In this document: positions 55,454-64,000 of the stretch, piece by piece | How positions within the stretch are numbered: position 1 is the stretch's first letter | Layout: every line of letters begins with the position of its first letter | Source of the DNA: Pseudomonadota bacterium | GTDB lineage: Bacteria > Pseudomonadota > Alphaproteobacteria > Rhizobiales > Xanthobacteraceae | NCBI GenBank assembly: GCA_040386115.1 | Contig: JAZKGC010000086.1 | Span: 5,034-69,033, forward strand | Length of the DNA stretch: 64,000 nt | Direction: 5' to 3' | The notes under the pieces: generated by a model | The model's database searches: none | What the model saw: only the letters and a program-made list of their open reading frames with translations | What the model was told of the DNA's origin: nothing | Position numbers and translations under genes: made by a program

Positions 55454-57381
55454 TCAGCGGCCTCCGCCGTCTTGTTTCGCGTTCCGAGGTCGATCACCGG
55501 CAGCGTGCAACGAATACGCTGCGTGGTGCCGTCCTGGAAGCGGATCACGGTGTCGATGTCGATGTCCGGCCGGTCGCCGTAGATCGCGTTGATGATGTCA
55601 GCGTACTTCTCGTTGATGACGCTGCGGCGCACCTTTCGCGTGCGCGTGAGTTCGCCGTCGTCGGCATCGAGCTCCTTGTAGAGCAGCAGGAATTTTGAGA
55701 TGCGCTGTGCGGGAGGAAGCGTGGCGTTGACGTTCTCGACTTCCTTGCGCAGCAGTTCATAGGTCTCAGGCCGCGAGGCCAGATCCGTATAGGTCGTGAA
55801 CGAGATCCTGTTTTTCTCCGCCCATTTCGAGACGATCGAGAAGCGAATGCAGATCATCGCCGCGAGGTAATCGCGACCGTCTCCCAGCACGACCGTTTCG
55901 GCGACGTAGGGTGAGAATTTCAACTTGTTCTCGATATATTGCGGCGAGAAGCGTTCGCCGCGCGCGGTTTGCGCCAGATCCTTGATGCGGTCGATGACCA
56001 CAAGCTGCTTCGCCTTGTTGAAGTAGCCGGCGTCGCCGGAATGCATCCAGCCGTCACGCATGTCCACAGCGGTGGCGGCTTCGTTCTTGTAATAGCCCTT
56101 GAACATATTGGGGTGGCGCACCACGATCTCGCCGACGCCGTTGACGTCCGGGTCGCGCACCTCGATCTCGATATCATCGGACATCGAGACGCCGGTGGTG
56201 TCGGGATCGACCTCGCCGGGCTTGTGCAGCGTGAATGCGCCCAGCGTCTCGGTCTGGCCGTACAGCGTGCGCAGCGGCACGCCCATGGCGCGGAAGAACC
56301 TGAACGTATCCGGGCCGAGCGCGGCGCCGCCGGTCGCCGCCGAGCGCAGCCGGGTAAATCCGAGGCGGTCGCGCAGCGCCCGGAACACCAGCGTTTCCGC
56401 CACCATCGACGTCTTGCCGTCGTCGAGCGCGTTGAGCCCGGCTTTCATGCCGGTTTCATAGAGGCTCTGCTTCATTGCCGAGGCGTCCATCACCCTCGCG
56501 CGAACGTCGGCGGCGATGGCTTCCCAGATGCGCGGCGCGAACAGCACGAAGGTCGGCGCGATTTCGCGGAAGTCGTTCATCATGGTGTCGGCCTGCTCGA
56601 CGAAGTTCACCTTCATGCGGCTGAGGAGGCCTTTTCCGAGCGCATAGACCTGCTCCATGATCCACGGCAGCGGCAGCACCGAAACATACTCGTCATCCGG
56701 ACCCTTCGGATCGAAGCTGAGATAGCTGGCGCAGTGGCGCAGCACGCTGCCTGCGGTGAGCATCGCGAGCTTGGGGTTCGACGTGGTGCCGGAGGTGGTG
56801 CAGAGAATGGCGACGTCGTCGCCTTGGGTCGCATCTACCATCTGATCGTAAAGCTGCGGTTCGCGCGCTGCGCGGTCGCGCCCCATTTTGGCGAGCGTAT
56901 CGGCGTCGATCAGGCGCGGATCGTCGTATTTGCGCATGCCGCGCGGGTCGGAATAGACGATGTGCTTGAGATGCGGTGTGCGGTCGCCGAGTTCGAGCAG
57001 CTTATCGACCTGCTCTTCGTCCTCGGCAAAAACGATCTTGGTCTCGCCGTAAGCGAGAAGGTACAGCACTTCCTCAGGCAGCGACTCGCGATACATGCCG
57101 AGCGACATGCCGCCGATGGAGTGCGCGGCGATTTCGGCGGCCACCCAGTCGGGCCGGTTGTCGCCGATGATGCCGATCACGTCGCCGCGCGTGAGGCCGA
57201 GTTCCACCATGCCGAGCGCGAAGTCGCGCACGCGGTTCTGGTAATCGTCCCAGCTAAAGACGCGCCAGAGGCCAAAATCCTTTTCGCGCAGCGCGATATC
57301 GCGGCCGTGCTCGCTGGCGTTGAGCCGCAGCATTTTCGGATAGGTGTCGGCCTGCGCGACGCGGCCTGCGTAATCCATCAT
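55450..57381 (-). CDS. Long-chain acyl-CoA synthetase (AMP-forming)
   Basis: TTSGTTSNPK, YGQTE, SGDAG, ENKLKFSPY, ELTRTRKVRR. Confidence 0.9.
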   Translation of the reverse strand: MMDYAGRVAQADTYPKMLRLNASEHGRDIALREKDFGLWRVFSWDDYQNRVRDFALGMVELGLTRGDVIGIIGDNRPDWVAAEIAAHSIGGMSLGMYRESLPEEVLYLLAYGETKIVFAEDEEQVDKLLELGDRTPHLKHIVYSDPRGMRKYDDPRLIDADTLAKMGRDRAAREPQLYDQMVDATQGDDVAILCTTSGTTSNPKLAMLTAGSVLRHCASYLSFDPKGPDDEYVSVLPLPWIMEQVYALGKGLLSRMKVNFVEQADTMMNDFREIAPTFVLFAPRIWEAIAADVRARVMDASAMKQSLYETGMKAGLNALDDGKTSMVAETLVFRALRDRLGFTRLRSAATGGAALGPDTFRFFRAMGVPLRTLYGQTETLGAFTLHKPGEVDPDTTGVSMSDDIEIEVRDPDVNGVGEIVVRHPNMFKGYYKNEAATAVDMRDGWMHSGDAGYFNKAKQLVVIDRIKDLAQTARGERFSPQYIENKLKFSPYVAETVVLGDGRDYLAAMICIRFSIVSKWAEKNRISFTTYTDLASRPETYELLRKEVENVNATLPPAQRISKFLLLYKELDADDGELTRTRKVRRSVINEKYADIINAIYGDRPDIDIDTVIRFQDGTTQRIRCTLPVIDLGTRNKTAEAAE

Positions 57382-58199
57382 GCGGAGGCCTCCGCAACGG
57401 GGTTGGTGTCATCGAGGGCGTTGAGCACCTCATCTTCTTCGCCGAGATAGGCCTTGCGGACATGCGGATCGGCCAGCACGTCGGCGGGCAATCCTTCCGC
57501 GATCTTGCGTCCGAAATCCAGCACGGTGATACGATGGGAAATATCCATCACCACGCCCATGTCGTGTTCGATCATCATCACCGTCATCCCGTATTCTTCG
57601 TTGAGATCGACGATGTAGCGGGCCATGTCTTCCTTCTCCTCGAAATTCATGCCGGCCATCGGCTCGTCGAGGAGAATGAGTTTCGGCTCCAGCGCCATGG
57701 CGCGCGCGAGTTCGACGCGCTTGCGCAGTCCGTAGGAAAGGGTGCCGGCGACAGCCTTGCGCACAGACTGGAGGTCGAGGAAGTCGATGATCTCTTCCAC
57801 CTTGCGGCGATGTTCGAGTTCCTCGCGCCGCGCGCCGGTCAGCCAGTACAGCGACCCGGTGATGAAATTGTTTTTCAGGAGGTGGTGACGGCCGACCATG
57901 ATGTTGTCGAGCACGGTCATGTGGTGAAACAGTGCGAGGTTCTGGAAGGTGCGGCCGATGCCGAGCGCGGCGCGGGCATTGGGCTTGAGGCCTGTAATGT
58001 CGCGGCCCTGATAGAACAGCTGCCCCTCGGTCGGGGTATAGCGGCCCGAGACGCAGTTCACGATCGACGTCTTGCCGGCGCCGTTAGGGCCGATGATCGA
58101 GAACAATTCGCCTTCATTGACGGAAAAGCTCACGTCGGTCAGCGCGCGCACGCCGCCGAACCGCAGTGAGACCCCCCGCACCTCCAATGCGTAAGCCAC
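57378..58199 (-). CDS. Liv-type ABC ATPase, LivG-like
   Basis: GPNGAGKT, RTFQN, LLDEPMAG, IEHDM. Confidence 0.9.
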   Translation of the reverse strand: MAYALEVRGVSLRFGGVRALTDVSFSVNEGELFSIIGPNGAGKTSIVNCVSGRYTPTEGQLFYQGRDITGLKPNARAALGIGRTFQNLALFHHMTVLDNIMVGRHHLLKNNFITGSLYWLTGARREELEHRRKVEEIIDFLDLQSVRKAVAGTLSYGLRKRVELARAMALEPKLILLDEPMAGMNFEEKEDMARYIVDLNEEYGMTVMMIEHDMGVVMDISHRITVLDFGRKIAEGLPADVLADPHVRKAYLGEEDEVLNALDDTNPVAEASA

Positions 58200-58361
58200 T
58201 CAAATCCTCCCAGATACGGCGCTTGGCGCGCTCTTTATCCATCGTTCGCTAATTGTGCCGATCCTACATCGCCCGGCCCTGGTAAGCCATTCTGCTATTG
58301 ATGTTTTGCGTTGCAGGACGTATTCGCCGCAGCCCTCTTACGACAAAGAGCTCCTTTGAAA

Positions 58362-58377
58362 TGTCTTGCGCGTGACA
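58362..58377. promoter_or_regulatory. Crp/Fnr-type binding site
   Basis: TGTCT-tgcgcg-TGACA (N6 spacing) between the divergent ABC operon and the Crp/Fnr gene. Confidence 0.5.
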
Positions 58378-58471
58378 ATTCGTTGGGCAATTTCCATCTG
58401 CGCGCGTTATACCAAAGGCCATTTTTGCCGCGTCGCAACATTGCGGTGACGTGAGGGGCGGTCGAGACAGC

Positions 58472-59146
58472 ATGATTTCTGCGGATTACCTGAAGCGTAT
58501 CGCGGTCTGGTCGCGCGGCCTGAACGAGCGCGAAATCGAAGTGGCGCGCGCGGGCATCGTCGAAAAGTCGTTCAAGGCCAACGAATTCGTCTGCATGCAT
58601 GGCGACCAGTTCGAATACTGGATCGGCGTGGTGACAGGACTTGTTCGGGTCGGCAATGTCTCGCGCGACGGCAAGGCCTTCAGCTTCACGGGGGTGACGG
58701 CCGGTGCCTGGTTCGGCGAGGGAACTGTGCTCAAGAATGAAACCCGGCGTTACGACGTGGTGGCCTTGCGCGACACCCGGCTGGCGCTGATGGATCGCGC
58801 CACTTTTTTTCAGTTGCTTGAGAACAGTGTCAGCTTCAATCGGTTTCTGATCGGGTTGCTGAACGAACGTCTTGGGCAATTCATGGGGCTGCTGGAACAT
58901 GGCCGAACGCTCGATACGACGGCGCGGCTCGCGCGCTGTATCGCGACGCTGTTCAATCCCATTCTCTATCCGGAATTGACACGCTACCTCGAAATCACTC
59001 AGGAGGAGCTTGGCGCAATTTCCGGAATGTCCCGGCAGAACGCGAACCAGTGCCTTAAGACGCTGGAGAAGGAAGGATTGCTGCGGCTCGAATACGGCGG
59101 CGTCACCGTCGTCGATCTCGAGCGGCTGCGGGGATATGGGGAGTAG
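58472..59146 (+). CDS. Crp/Fnr family transcriptional regulator
   Basis: cNMP-binding-like domain (WFGEG), C-terminal HTH (TQEELGAISGMSRQNANQCL). Confidence 0.9.
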   Translation: MISADYLKRIAVWSRGLNEREIEVARAGIVEKSFKANEFVCMHGDQFEYWIGVVTGLVRVGNVSRDGKAFSFTGVTAGAWFGEGTVLKNETRRYDVVALRDTRLALMDRATFFQLLENSVSFNRFLIGLLNERLGQFMGLLEHGRTLDTTARLARCIATLFNPILYPELTRYLEITQEELGAISGMSRQNANQCLKTLEKEGLLRLEYGGVTVVDLERLRGYGE

Positions 59147-59209
59147 GCGACGCGCGCTCTCCGATTATTCCCCCGAAAGCGGGAATAGAGTCACTTTTTG
59201 GAATTTCGT

Positions 59210-59905
59210 CTAAACCTCCAGCCATTCCTTGCGAATGGTCTGATTGGCCTTGAGGTCCGCCGGTGTTCCTTCGAACACGATCCGGCCATGCCCCATGACA
59301 TAGACGCGGTGCGAAATGCGCATCGCAATCGACAGTTTTTGTTCGACCAGCAGGATCGCGACGCCGCGCCGCGCGATCTCGGCGATCAGGTCGCCGACCT
59401 GCTGCACGATCAGCGGCGCCAATCCTTCGGTCGGCTCGTCGATCATGACCAGTTCCGGATCGCCCATCAGCGTGCGACAAATCGTCAGCATCTGCTTTTC
59501 GCCGCCCGACAGCACGCCGGCCGCCGTGTCGGCGCGGGCCTGGAGGTTCGGAAACATCTGCAGCATGTCGTCAAGCTTCCACTTGCCGAGCTTCTTGGTG
59601 TCCTTGATGCCCAGCATCAGATTTTGCCGCACCGTGAGGCCGGGGAAGATGTCCCGATGCTCGGGTACATAGCCGAGGCCCAGATGCGCGATGCGGTAGC
59701 TCGGCAGCCCGGCGATGTCCTGGCCCTTGAACTTGATGGTCCCATGCGGCGGCACCTCGCCCATGATGGCCTTGACGGTGGTCGAGCGGCCGACGCCGTT
59801 GCGGCCGAGCAGGCTCACCACCTCGCCAGCGCCGATATGCATATCGACACCCTGGAGGATGTGGCTCTTGCCGTAATAGGCGTGGAGATCTTGAACGTCC
59901 AACAT
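59210..59905 (-). CDS. Liv-type ABC ATPase, LivF-like
   Basis: GRNGVGRS, LSGGEKQM, IDEPTEGL. Confidence 0.9.
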   Translation of the reverse strand: MLDVQDLHAYYGKSHILQGVDMHIGAGEVVSLLGRNGVGRSTTVKAIMGEVPPHGTIKFKGQDIAGLPSYRIAHLGLGYVPEHRDIFPGLTVRQNLMLGIKDTKKLGKWKLDDMLQMFPNLQARADTAAGVLSGGEKQMLTICRTLMGDPELVMIDEPTEGLAPLIVQQVGDLIAEIARRGVAILLVEQKLSIAMRISHRVYVMGHGRIVFEGTPADLKANQTIRKEWLEV

Positions 59906-60672
59906 CAGGCGGCTTCCTCGCCGAGATACGCTTCCTTGACCTTCGGATCGTTGCGGATGTCCTCAGGTTTTCCGGATGCGATGATCTTTCCGTACACCAG
60001 CACCGAAATGCGGTCCGCGAGGCCGAACACCACGCTCATGTCATGCTCGACAATGAGAAGCGTGCGGCCTTCGGTGAGGCGGCGGATCAGCGCGACCGCG
60101 CGCTCGGTCTCGGCGTGGCTCATGCCCGCCGTCGGTTCATCCAGCAGGATGACGTCGGCACCGCCGGCGATCGTGATTCCGATTTCGAGTGCGCGCTGTT
60201 CGGCATAAGTCAGGAGTCCCGCCGGCACGTCGCGCCGCGAGGTGAGGCTGATGTCCTGGAGGATCTGCGCGGTGCGGTCGCGAACCTCGGGCAGGTTGTC
60301 GATGTTCTTCCAGAACGCGTAACGGTGACCCGTCGTCCATAGCACGGCGCAGCGCAGGTTTTCCCACACCGTCATGTTGGCGAACACGTTGGTCACCTGA
60401 AAACTCCGGGACAGCCCGCGGCGGTTGATCTGGTAGGGCGCCAAACCGGAGACCACCTGATCCCTCAACAGGATGCTGCCGCTCGACGGCATCATGTATC
60501 CGCTGATGAGGTTGAACAGCGTGGATTTTCCAGCGCCGTTGGGACCGATGATGGCGTGGCGTTCGCCTTGCGCGACCTTGAGATTGACGTCGCGAATGAC
60601 GGCGGTGATGCCGAAGCTCTTTTCGACATTGCGAAGTTCGATGGCGGTGGGGTTCACATTTGATGAAGTCAT
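59905..60672 (-). CDS. Liv-type ABC ATPase, LivG-like
   Basis: GPNGAGKS, RSFQ, LLDEPTAG, VEHDM; ATGA overlap gives a start at 60672. Confidence 0.9.
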   Translation of the reverse strand: MTSSNVNPTAIELRNVEKSFGITAVIRDVNLKVAQGERHAIIGPNGAGKSTLFNLISGYMMPSSGSILLRDQVVSGLAPYQINRRGLSRSFQVTNVFANMTVWENLRCAVLWTTGHRYAFWKNIDNLPEVRDRTAQILQDISLTSRRDVPAGLLTYAEQRALEIGITIAGGADVILLDEPTAGMSHAETERAVALIRRLTEGRTLLIVEHDMSVVFGLADRISVLVYGKIIASGKPEDIRNDPKVKEAYLGEEAA

Positions 60673-61970
60673 GCGGCCAGCCCCTTGTTGCGGGCCGTAC
60701 TCAGGGCGTCGTCCCATGCGTGCCCGACCCGCGCCCATGTGATGCGCGCGACGACAAATCCCCCGACGATCAGGACGACGGAGAGCAGCCAGGTCAGCGG
60801 GCTCGCAGCATTGAACGGAATGCCGAACGCCTTGATGTTCGGGTTTTCGGTCGGGTTCATCGTGTAATGAACGACAGATTCGATCGCGAGCATCAGCCCG
60901 ATCATCATCGCCAGCGTAGGCACGAGCGCGACCAGATACGACGGCAGCACTTTGCCGAGGGTTCCGGCCCTGATGAGCGGGCGATGCATCATCAGGAGGC
61001 CGGTGATGCCGCCGGGAGCGAACATTACCACGGCGATGAAGAACAAGCCGAAATAGAGCTGCCACACATGGGTCAGGTCGCTGAGGCCAAGCGACATCAG
61101 CGTCACGAAGATTGCGCCGACGATCGGGCCGATGAAGAAGCCGACGCCGCCGATATAAGCGGCAAACAGCACGGTGCCGGATTGCACCGCGCCGAGATAG
61201 GCCGAGTTGGCGATCTCGAAATTGATCGCCGCCAGCGCGCCTGCGATGCCTGCGAAGAATCCCGAGAAGCAGAACGCGATATAGCGGACCACGTGCGGAT
61301 CGTAGCCGACGAACTGGACGCGCTCCGGATTGTCGCGCACGGCGTTGCACATGCGGCCGAGCGGTGTGCGGGTGAGGGCGTACATCGCGATGATGCAGAT
61401 CAGCGTCCATGCCGCGACCAGATAATAGATCTGGATCTGCGGGCCGAAATTCCAGTCAAACACTTTCAGCAGCTTGGTCCGGTTGGCGGAGATGCCGGCT
61501 TCGCCGCCGAAGAACGTGCGCAGGATCAGCGCCGACGAGGCGATCAGTTCGGCGACGCCGAGCGAGATCATGGCGAAGGCCGTGCCGGAGCGCTGGGTCG
61601 AGACCCAGCCGAGCAGGATGGCGAACAGCAGCCCCGTCACTCCGCCGATCAGCGGCACCAGCGGCAGCGGGATCGGCCATTTGTTGCCGCCGATGATGTT
61701 GATGGCGTGGATGACCAGAAATCCGCCGAGGCCGTAATAGACCGCGTGTCCGAACGACAGCATGCCGGTCTGGCCGAGCAGGATATTGTAGGACAGCGCG
61801 AAGATGATCGAAATGCCGATCAGGCTGAATGTCGTCAGCGATCCGCCGGAGCTGAAAATCTTGGGCAGGATCAGCAGCGCAAGCCCGGTTGCGATCCAAA
61901 GCCCGTAGAATTTGAGTTTCTCGCTCGCGGCGGGGCGTGGCGGCGCGATGCTGGTGGTGATGTTGCTCAT
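60669..61970 (-). CDS. Liv-type ABC permease, LivM-like
   Basis: GQTGMLSFGHA, FAMISL, AVRDNPER; ATGA overlap. Confidence 0.9.
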   Translation of the reverse strand: MSNITTSIAPPRPAASEKLKFYGLWIATGLALLILPKIFSSGGSLTTFSLIGISIIFALSYNILLGQTGMLSFGHAVYYGLGGFLVIHAINIIGGNKWPIPLPLVPLIGGVTGLLFAILLGWVSTQRSGTAFAMISLGVAELIASSALILRTFFGGEAGISANRTKLLKVFDWNFGPQIQIYYLVAAWTLICIIAMYALTRTPLGRMCNAVRDNPERVQFVGYDPHVVRYIAFCFSGFFAGIAGALAAINFEIANSAYLGAVQSGTVLFAAYIGGVGFFIGPIVGAIFVTLMSLGLSDLTHVWQLYFGLFFIAVVMFAPGGITGLLMMHRPLIRAGTLGKVLPSYLVALVPTLAMMIGLMLAIESVVHYTMNPTENPNIKAFGIPFNAASPLTWLLSVVLIVGGFVVARITWARVGHAWDDALSTARNKGLAA

Positions 61971-62914
61971 GTGTCGCGCGTCCCCAGCAGGCCCATCGGA
62001 CGAAACGCCAGGATCAGCACCAGCAGTACATAGGGCATGATCGGCGCGATCTGCGCGATGGTCACGTTCCAGATGTCCGACAGCCACGATTGTGCGTAGG
62101 CGGGACTCAGCGGACCGAAGACCTCGGACAGCGAACCGTTCATCGACACGGCGAAGGTCTGCACGAGGCCGATCAGCAATGAGGCGATGAACGCGCCGGG
62201 CAGCGAGCCCAGGCCGCCGACCACGACGACGACGAACAGGATGGGTCCGAGGAGGCCGGCCATGTTCGACTGCGTCACCAGCGCCGGTCCGGCGATCACG
62301 CCGGCGACGGCGGCCAGTGCCGTGCCGACGCCGAACACCATCATGAAGATGCGTCCGACGTTGTGGCCGAGAGCGCCGACCATGTGCGGGTGGGTGAGGG
62401 CGGCCTGCACGATCATGCCGATCCGCGTCCGCTTCAGCGCGATCAGCAGCGCCAGGAAGATGCCGACGGAGACCAGCAGCATGAACATTTTATAGGCGGG
62501 ATAATTGGTGGAGAAGATCGTGAAGGCGGGGAAATCGAGCGCCGACGGCACGCGGAAATCCACCGGGCTCTTGCCCCAGATGATCTGCACGATCTCTTCG
62601 ATGGCGAATGCGAGGCCGAACGTGAACAGCAATTCGGCGACGTGACCGTTCCTGTGGACGTGGCGAAGGCCGTACCGCTCGACGCCCGCGCCGACGAGGC
62701 CCGCGAGCAGGGGCGCGATCAGCAGCGCCGGCCAGAACCCGAACCACCGGCTGATCTGAAATCCGAAAAATGCACCGAGCATATAGAAGCTCGCATGCGC
62801 GAAGTTTAGCACGCCGAGCATGCTGAAGATCACCGTCAGGCCGCTTGCCATCAAAAACAGCAGCATGCCGAACAGGACGCCGTTCAACGTGGATATGACG
62901 ATCAGTTCAAGCAC
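61967..62914 (-). CDS. Liv-type ABC permease, LivH-like
   Basis: SGLTVIFSMLGVLNFAH, VVVVGGLGS, RPMGLLG; probable GTG start at 62914. Confidence 0.88.
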   Translation of the reverse strand: MLELIVISTLNGVLFGMLLFLMASGLTVIFSMLGVLNFAHASFYMLGAFFGFQISRWFGFWPALLIAPLLAGLVGAGVERYGLRHVHRNGHVAELLFTFGLAFAIEEIVQIIWGKSPVDFRVPSALDFPAFTIFSTNYPAYKMFMLLVSVGIFLALLIALKRTRIGMIVQAALTHPHMVGALGHNVGRIFMMVFGVGTALAAVAGVIAGPALVTQSNMAGLLGPILFVVVVVGGLGSLPGAFIASLLIGLVQTFAVSMNGSLSEVFGPLSPAYAQSWLSDIWNVTIAQIAPIMPYVLLVLILAFRPMGLLGTRDT

Positions 62915-62992
62915 GGCGGTCACCCTGAAAGACTTGAGCTGCATCCGCCCCGGCATGAGCCGGAGCGGACACAGTGAATGCGACGCCGCCTG

Positions 62993-64000
62993 TTACGAGC
63001 GGGTCATCTTGCAGGTGGTGGGCAGCACGGTCTTGTCGGCGTCGATCTTGGCGACACCCTTCCAGCCCCAGCCGGTCTTCTCCTCGTCGAACGTCTCCTT
63101 GTTCTTCAGTTCGCCGAACTGTGCAATGTACATCGGCTGGAAGAACTGGTGATCGTCCTTGCGCATGAAGCCCTTGCCGCCGCTGAAAACCTCGAATTCC
63201 ATGCCTTCGAGAGCTGCCGCGACCTTCACGGGTTCGAGCGACTTGGCCTTTTCAGCCGCGAGCGCGAACATCCGCATCTGGTTGACGGCGCGCGGATAGA
63301 ACAGGCTGAAGCCGTACTTGTCGCGCAGCGCCTTCTCGAACGCCTTCGACGAGGCATGTTCGATATTGGCGTAGCCTTCGACGATCGTGAAGACCTGATC
63401 GTTCAGGTTGCCCTGCTTGATCGCGGTCGGACCGCCGGTGCCGCCTGCATAATAAGTGTACCAGTTGACCTTGAGGCCTGAGTCCGCCGCAGCCTTCAGC
63501 AGCAGAGCGAAATCCTGGCCCCAGTTGCCGGTGATCACGCTGTCCGCGCCGGACGCCTTGATCTTCGCGATGTAAGGCGCGAAGTCGGTAACCTTCAGCA
63601 GCGGATGCTTTTCGTCGCCGACGATTTCGATGTCGGAACGCTTCTCCTTCAGCATCGCGCGCGCGGTCGTGCGCACCGATTCGCCGAACGAGTAGTCCTG
63701 GTTAATCAGATAGATCTTCTTGATCGACGAAACGCCCTTCATGTAATTCGTGAGCGCTTCCATCTTGATGTCGGAGTTGGCGTCCCAGCGGAAGTGCGAG
63801 AAGCTGCACTTGTCGTTGGTGAGCACCGGATCGACCGCGGCATAGTTGAAGTAAAGCACTTCCTTGCCGGGATTGCGCTCATTGTACTTGGTGACGAAAT
63901 CCGTCAGCGCACCGGCAACCGACGAGCCGTTGCCCTGCGTGATGTAGCGCACGCCGGAATCGATCGCCTTCTGGGCCTGGATCAGGCTTTCCTGCGGATT
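62993..64000 (-). CDS. Liv-type ABC substrate-binding protein (5' end outside the window)
   Basis: Frame is open to the window end (NPQESLIQAQKAIDSGV...); DFAPYIAKIKASGAD, GNWGQD. Confidence 0.88.
   Translation of the reverse strand, partial: NPQESLIQAQKAIDSGVRYITQGNGSSVAGALTDFVTKYNERNPGKEVLYFNYAAVDPVLTNDKCSFSHFRWDANSDIKMEALTNYMKGVSSIKKIYLINQDYSFGESVRTTARAMLKEKRSDIEIVGDEKHPLLKVTDFAPYIAKIKASGADSVITGNWGQDFALLLKAAADSGLKVNWYTYYAGGTGGPTAIKQGNLNDQVFTIVEGYANIEHASSKAFEKALRDKYGFSLFYPRAVNQMRMFALAAEKAKSLEPVKVAAALEGMEFEVFSGGKGFMRKDDHQFFQPMYIAQFGELKNKETFDEEKTGWGWKGVAKIDADKTVLPTTCKMTRS

Noticed and set aside
59905-61410. Apparent 501-aa ATPase with an N-terminal extension or fusion
   Set aside because: The extension is an alternative frame inside the upstream permease gene; the real start is the ATGA overlap at 60672. 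The same applies to 53484-54872 and 60669-62087.

Overview
High-GC alphaproteobacterial chromosome segment; the gene content and intergenic REP families resemble Nitrobacteraceae (Afipia/Bradyrhizobium), which is an inference. It is almost entirely catabolic and transport genes. In order: a 5'-truncated single-chain PDH E1/transketolase-like gene; a glycerol regulon glpR-glpD-glpSTPQUV without glpK; a Liv-type ABC importer with an embedded long-chain acyl-CoA synthetase; an LvaA/LvaB/LvaC-like kinase + DUF6285 + acyl-CoA dehydrogenase set; an acyclic-terpene (atuD/C/F/E-like) cluster with two beta-keto acid cleavage enzymes but no lyase; a GntR-linked divergon (FAD/Fe-S 2-hydroxyacid dehydrogenase, GlcG-like protein, class III CoA transferase, crotonase lacking both catalytic glutamates, serine-glyoxylate-type aminotransferase, TctCBA); an amidase, an MFS transporter and a secreted ~500-aa CxxCH protein of unknown function; a second acyl-CoA-synthetase-coupled ABC operon with a Crp/Fnr regulator; and a third Liv-type operon running off the end. 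I saw no tRNA, rRNA, CRISPR array or transposase. The best candidates for undescribed biology are the GntR/TTT divergon, the dual-BKACE atu cluster, the Lva-like module, the orphan cytochrome c, and short 'echo' repeats of gene 3' ends that place stop codons in all three frames. All functional calls come from motif recognition, not database searches.
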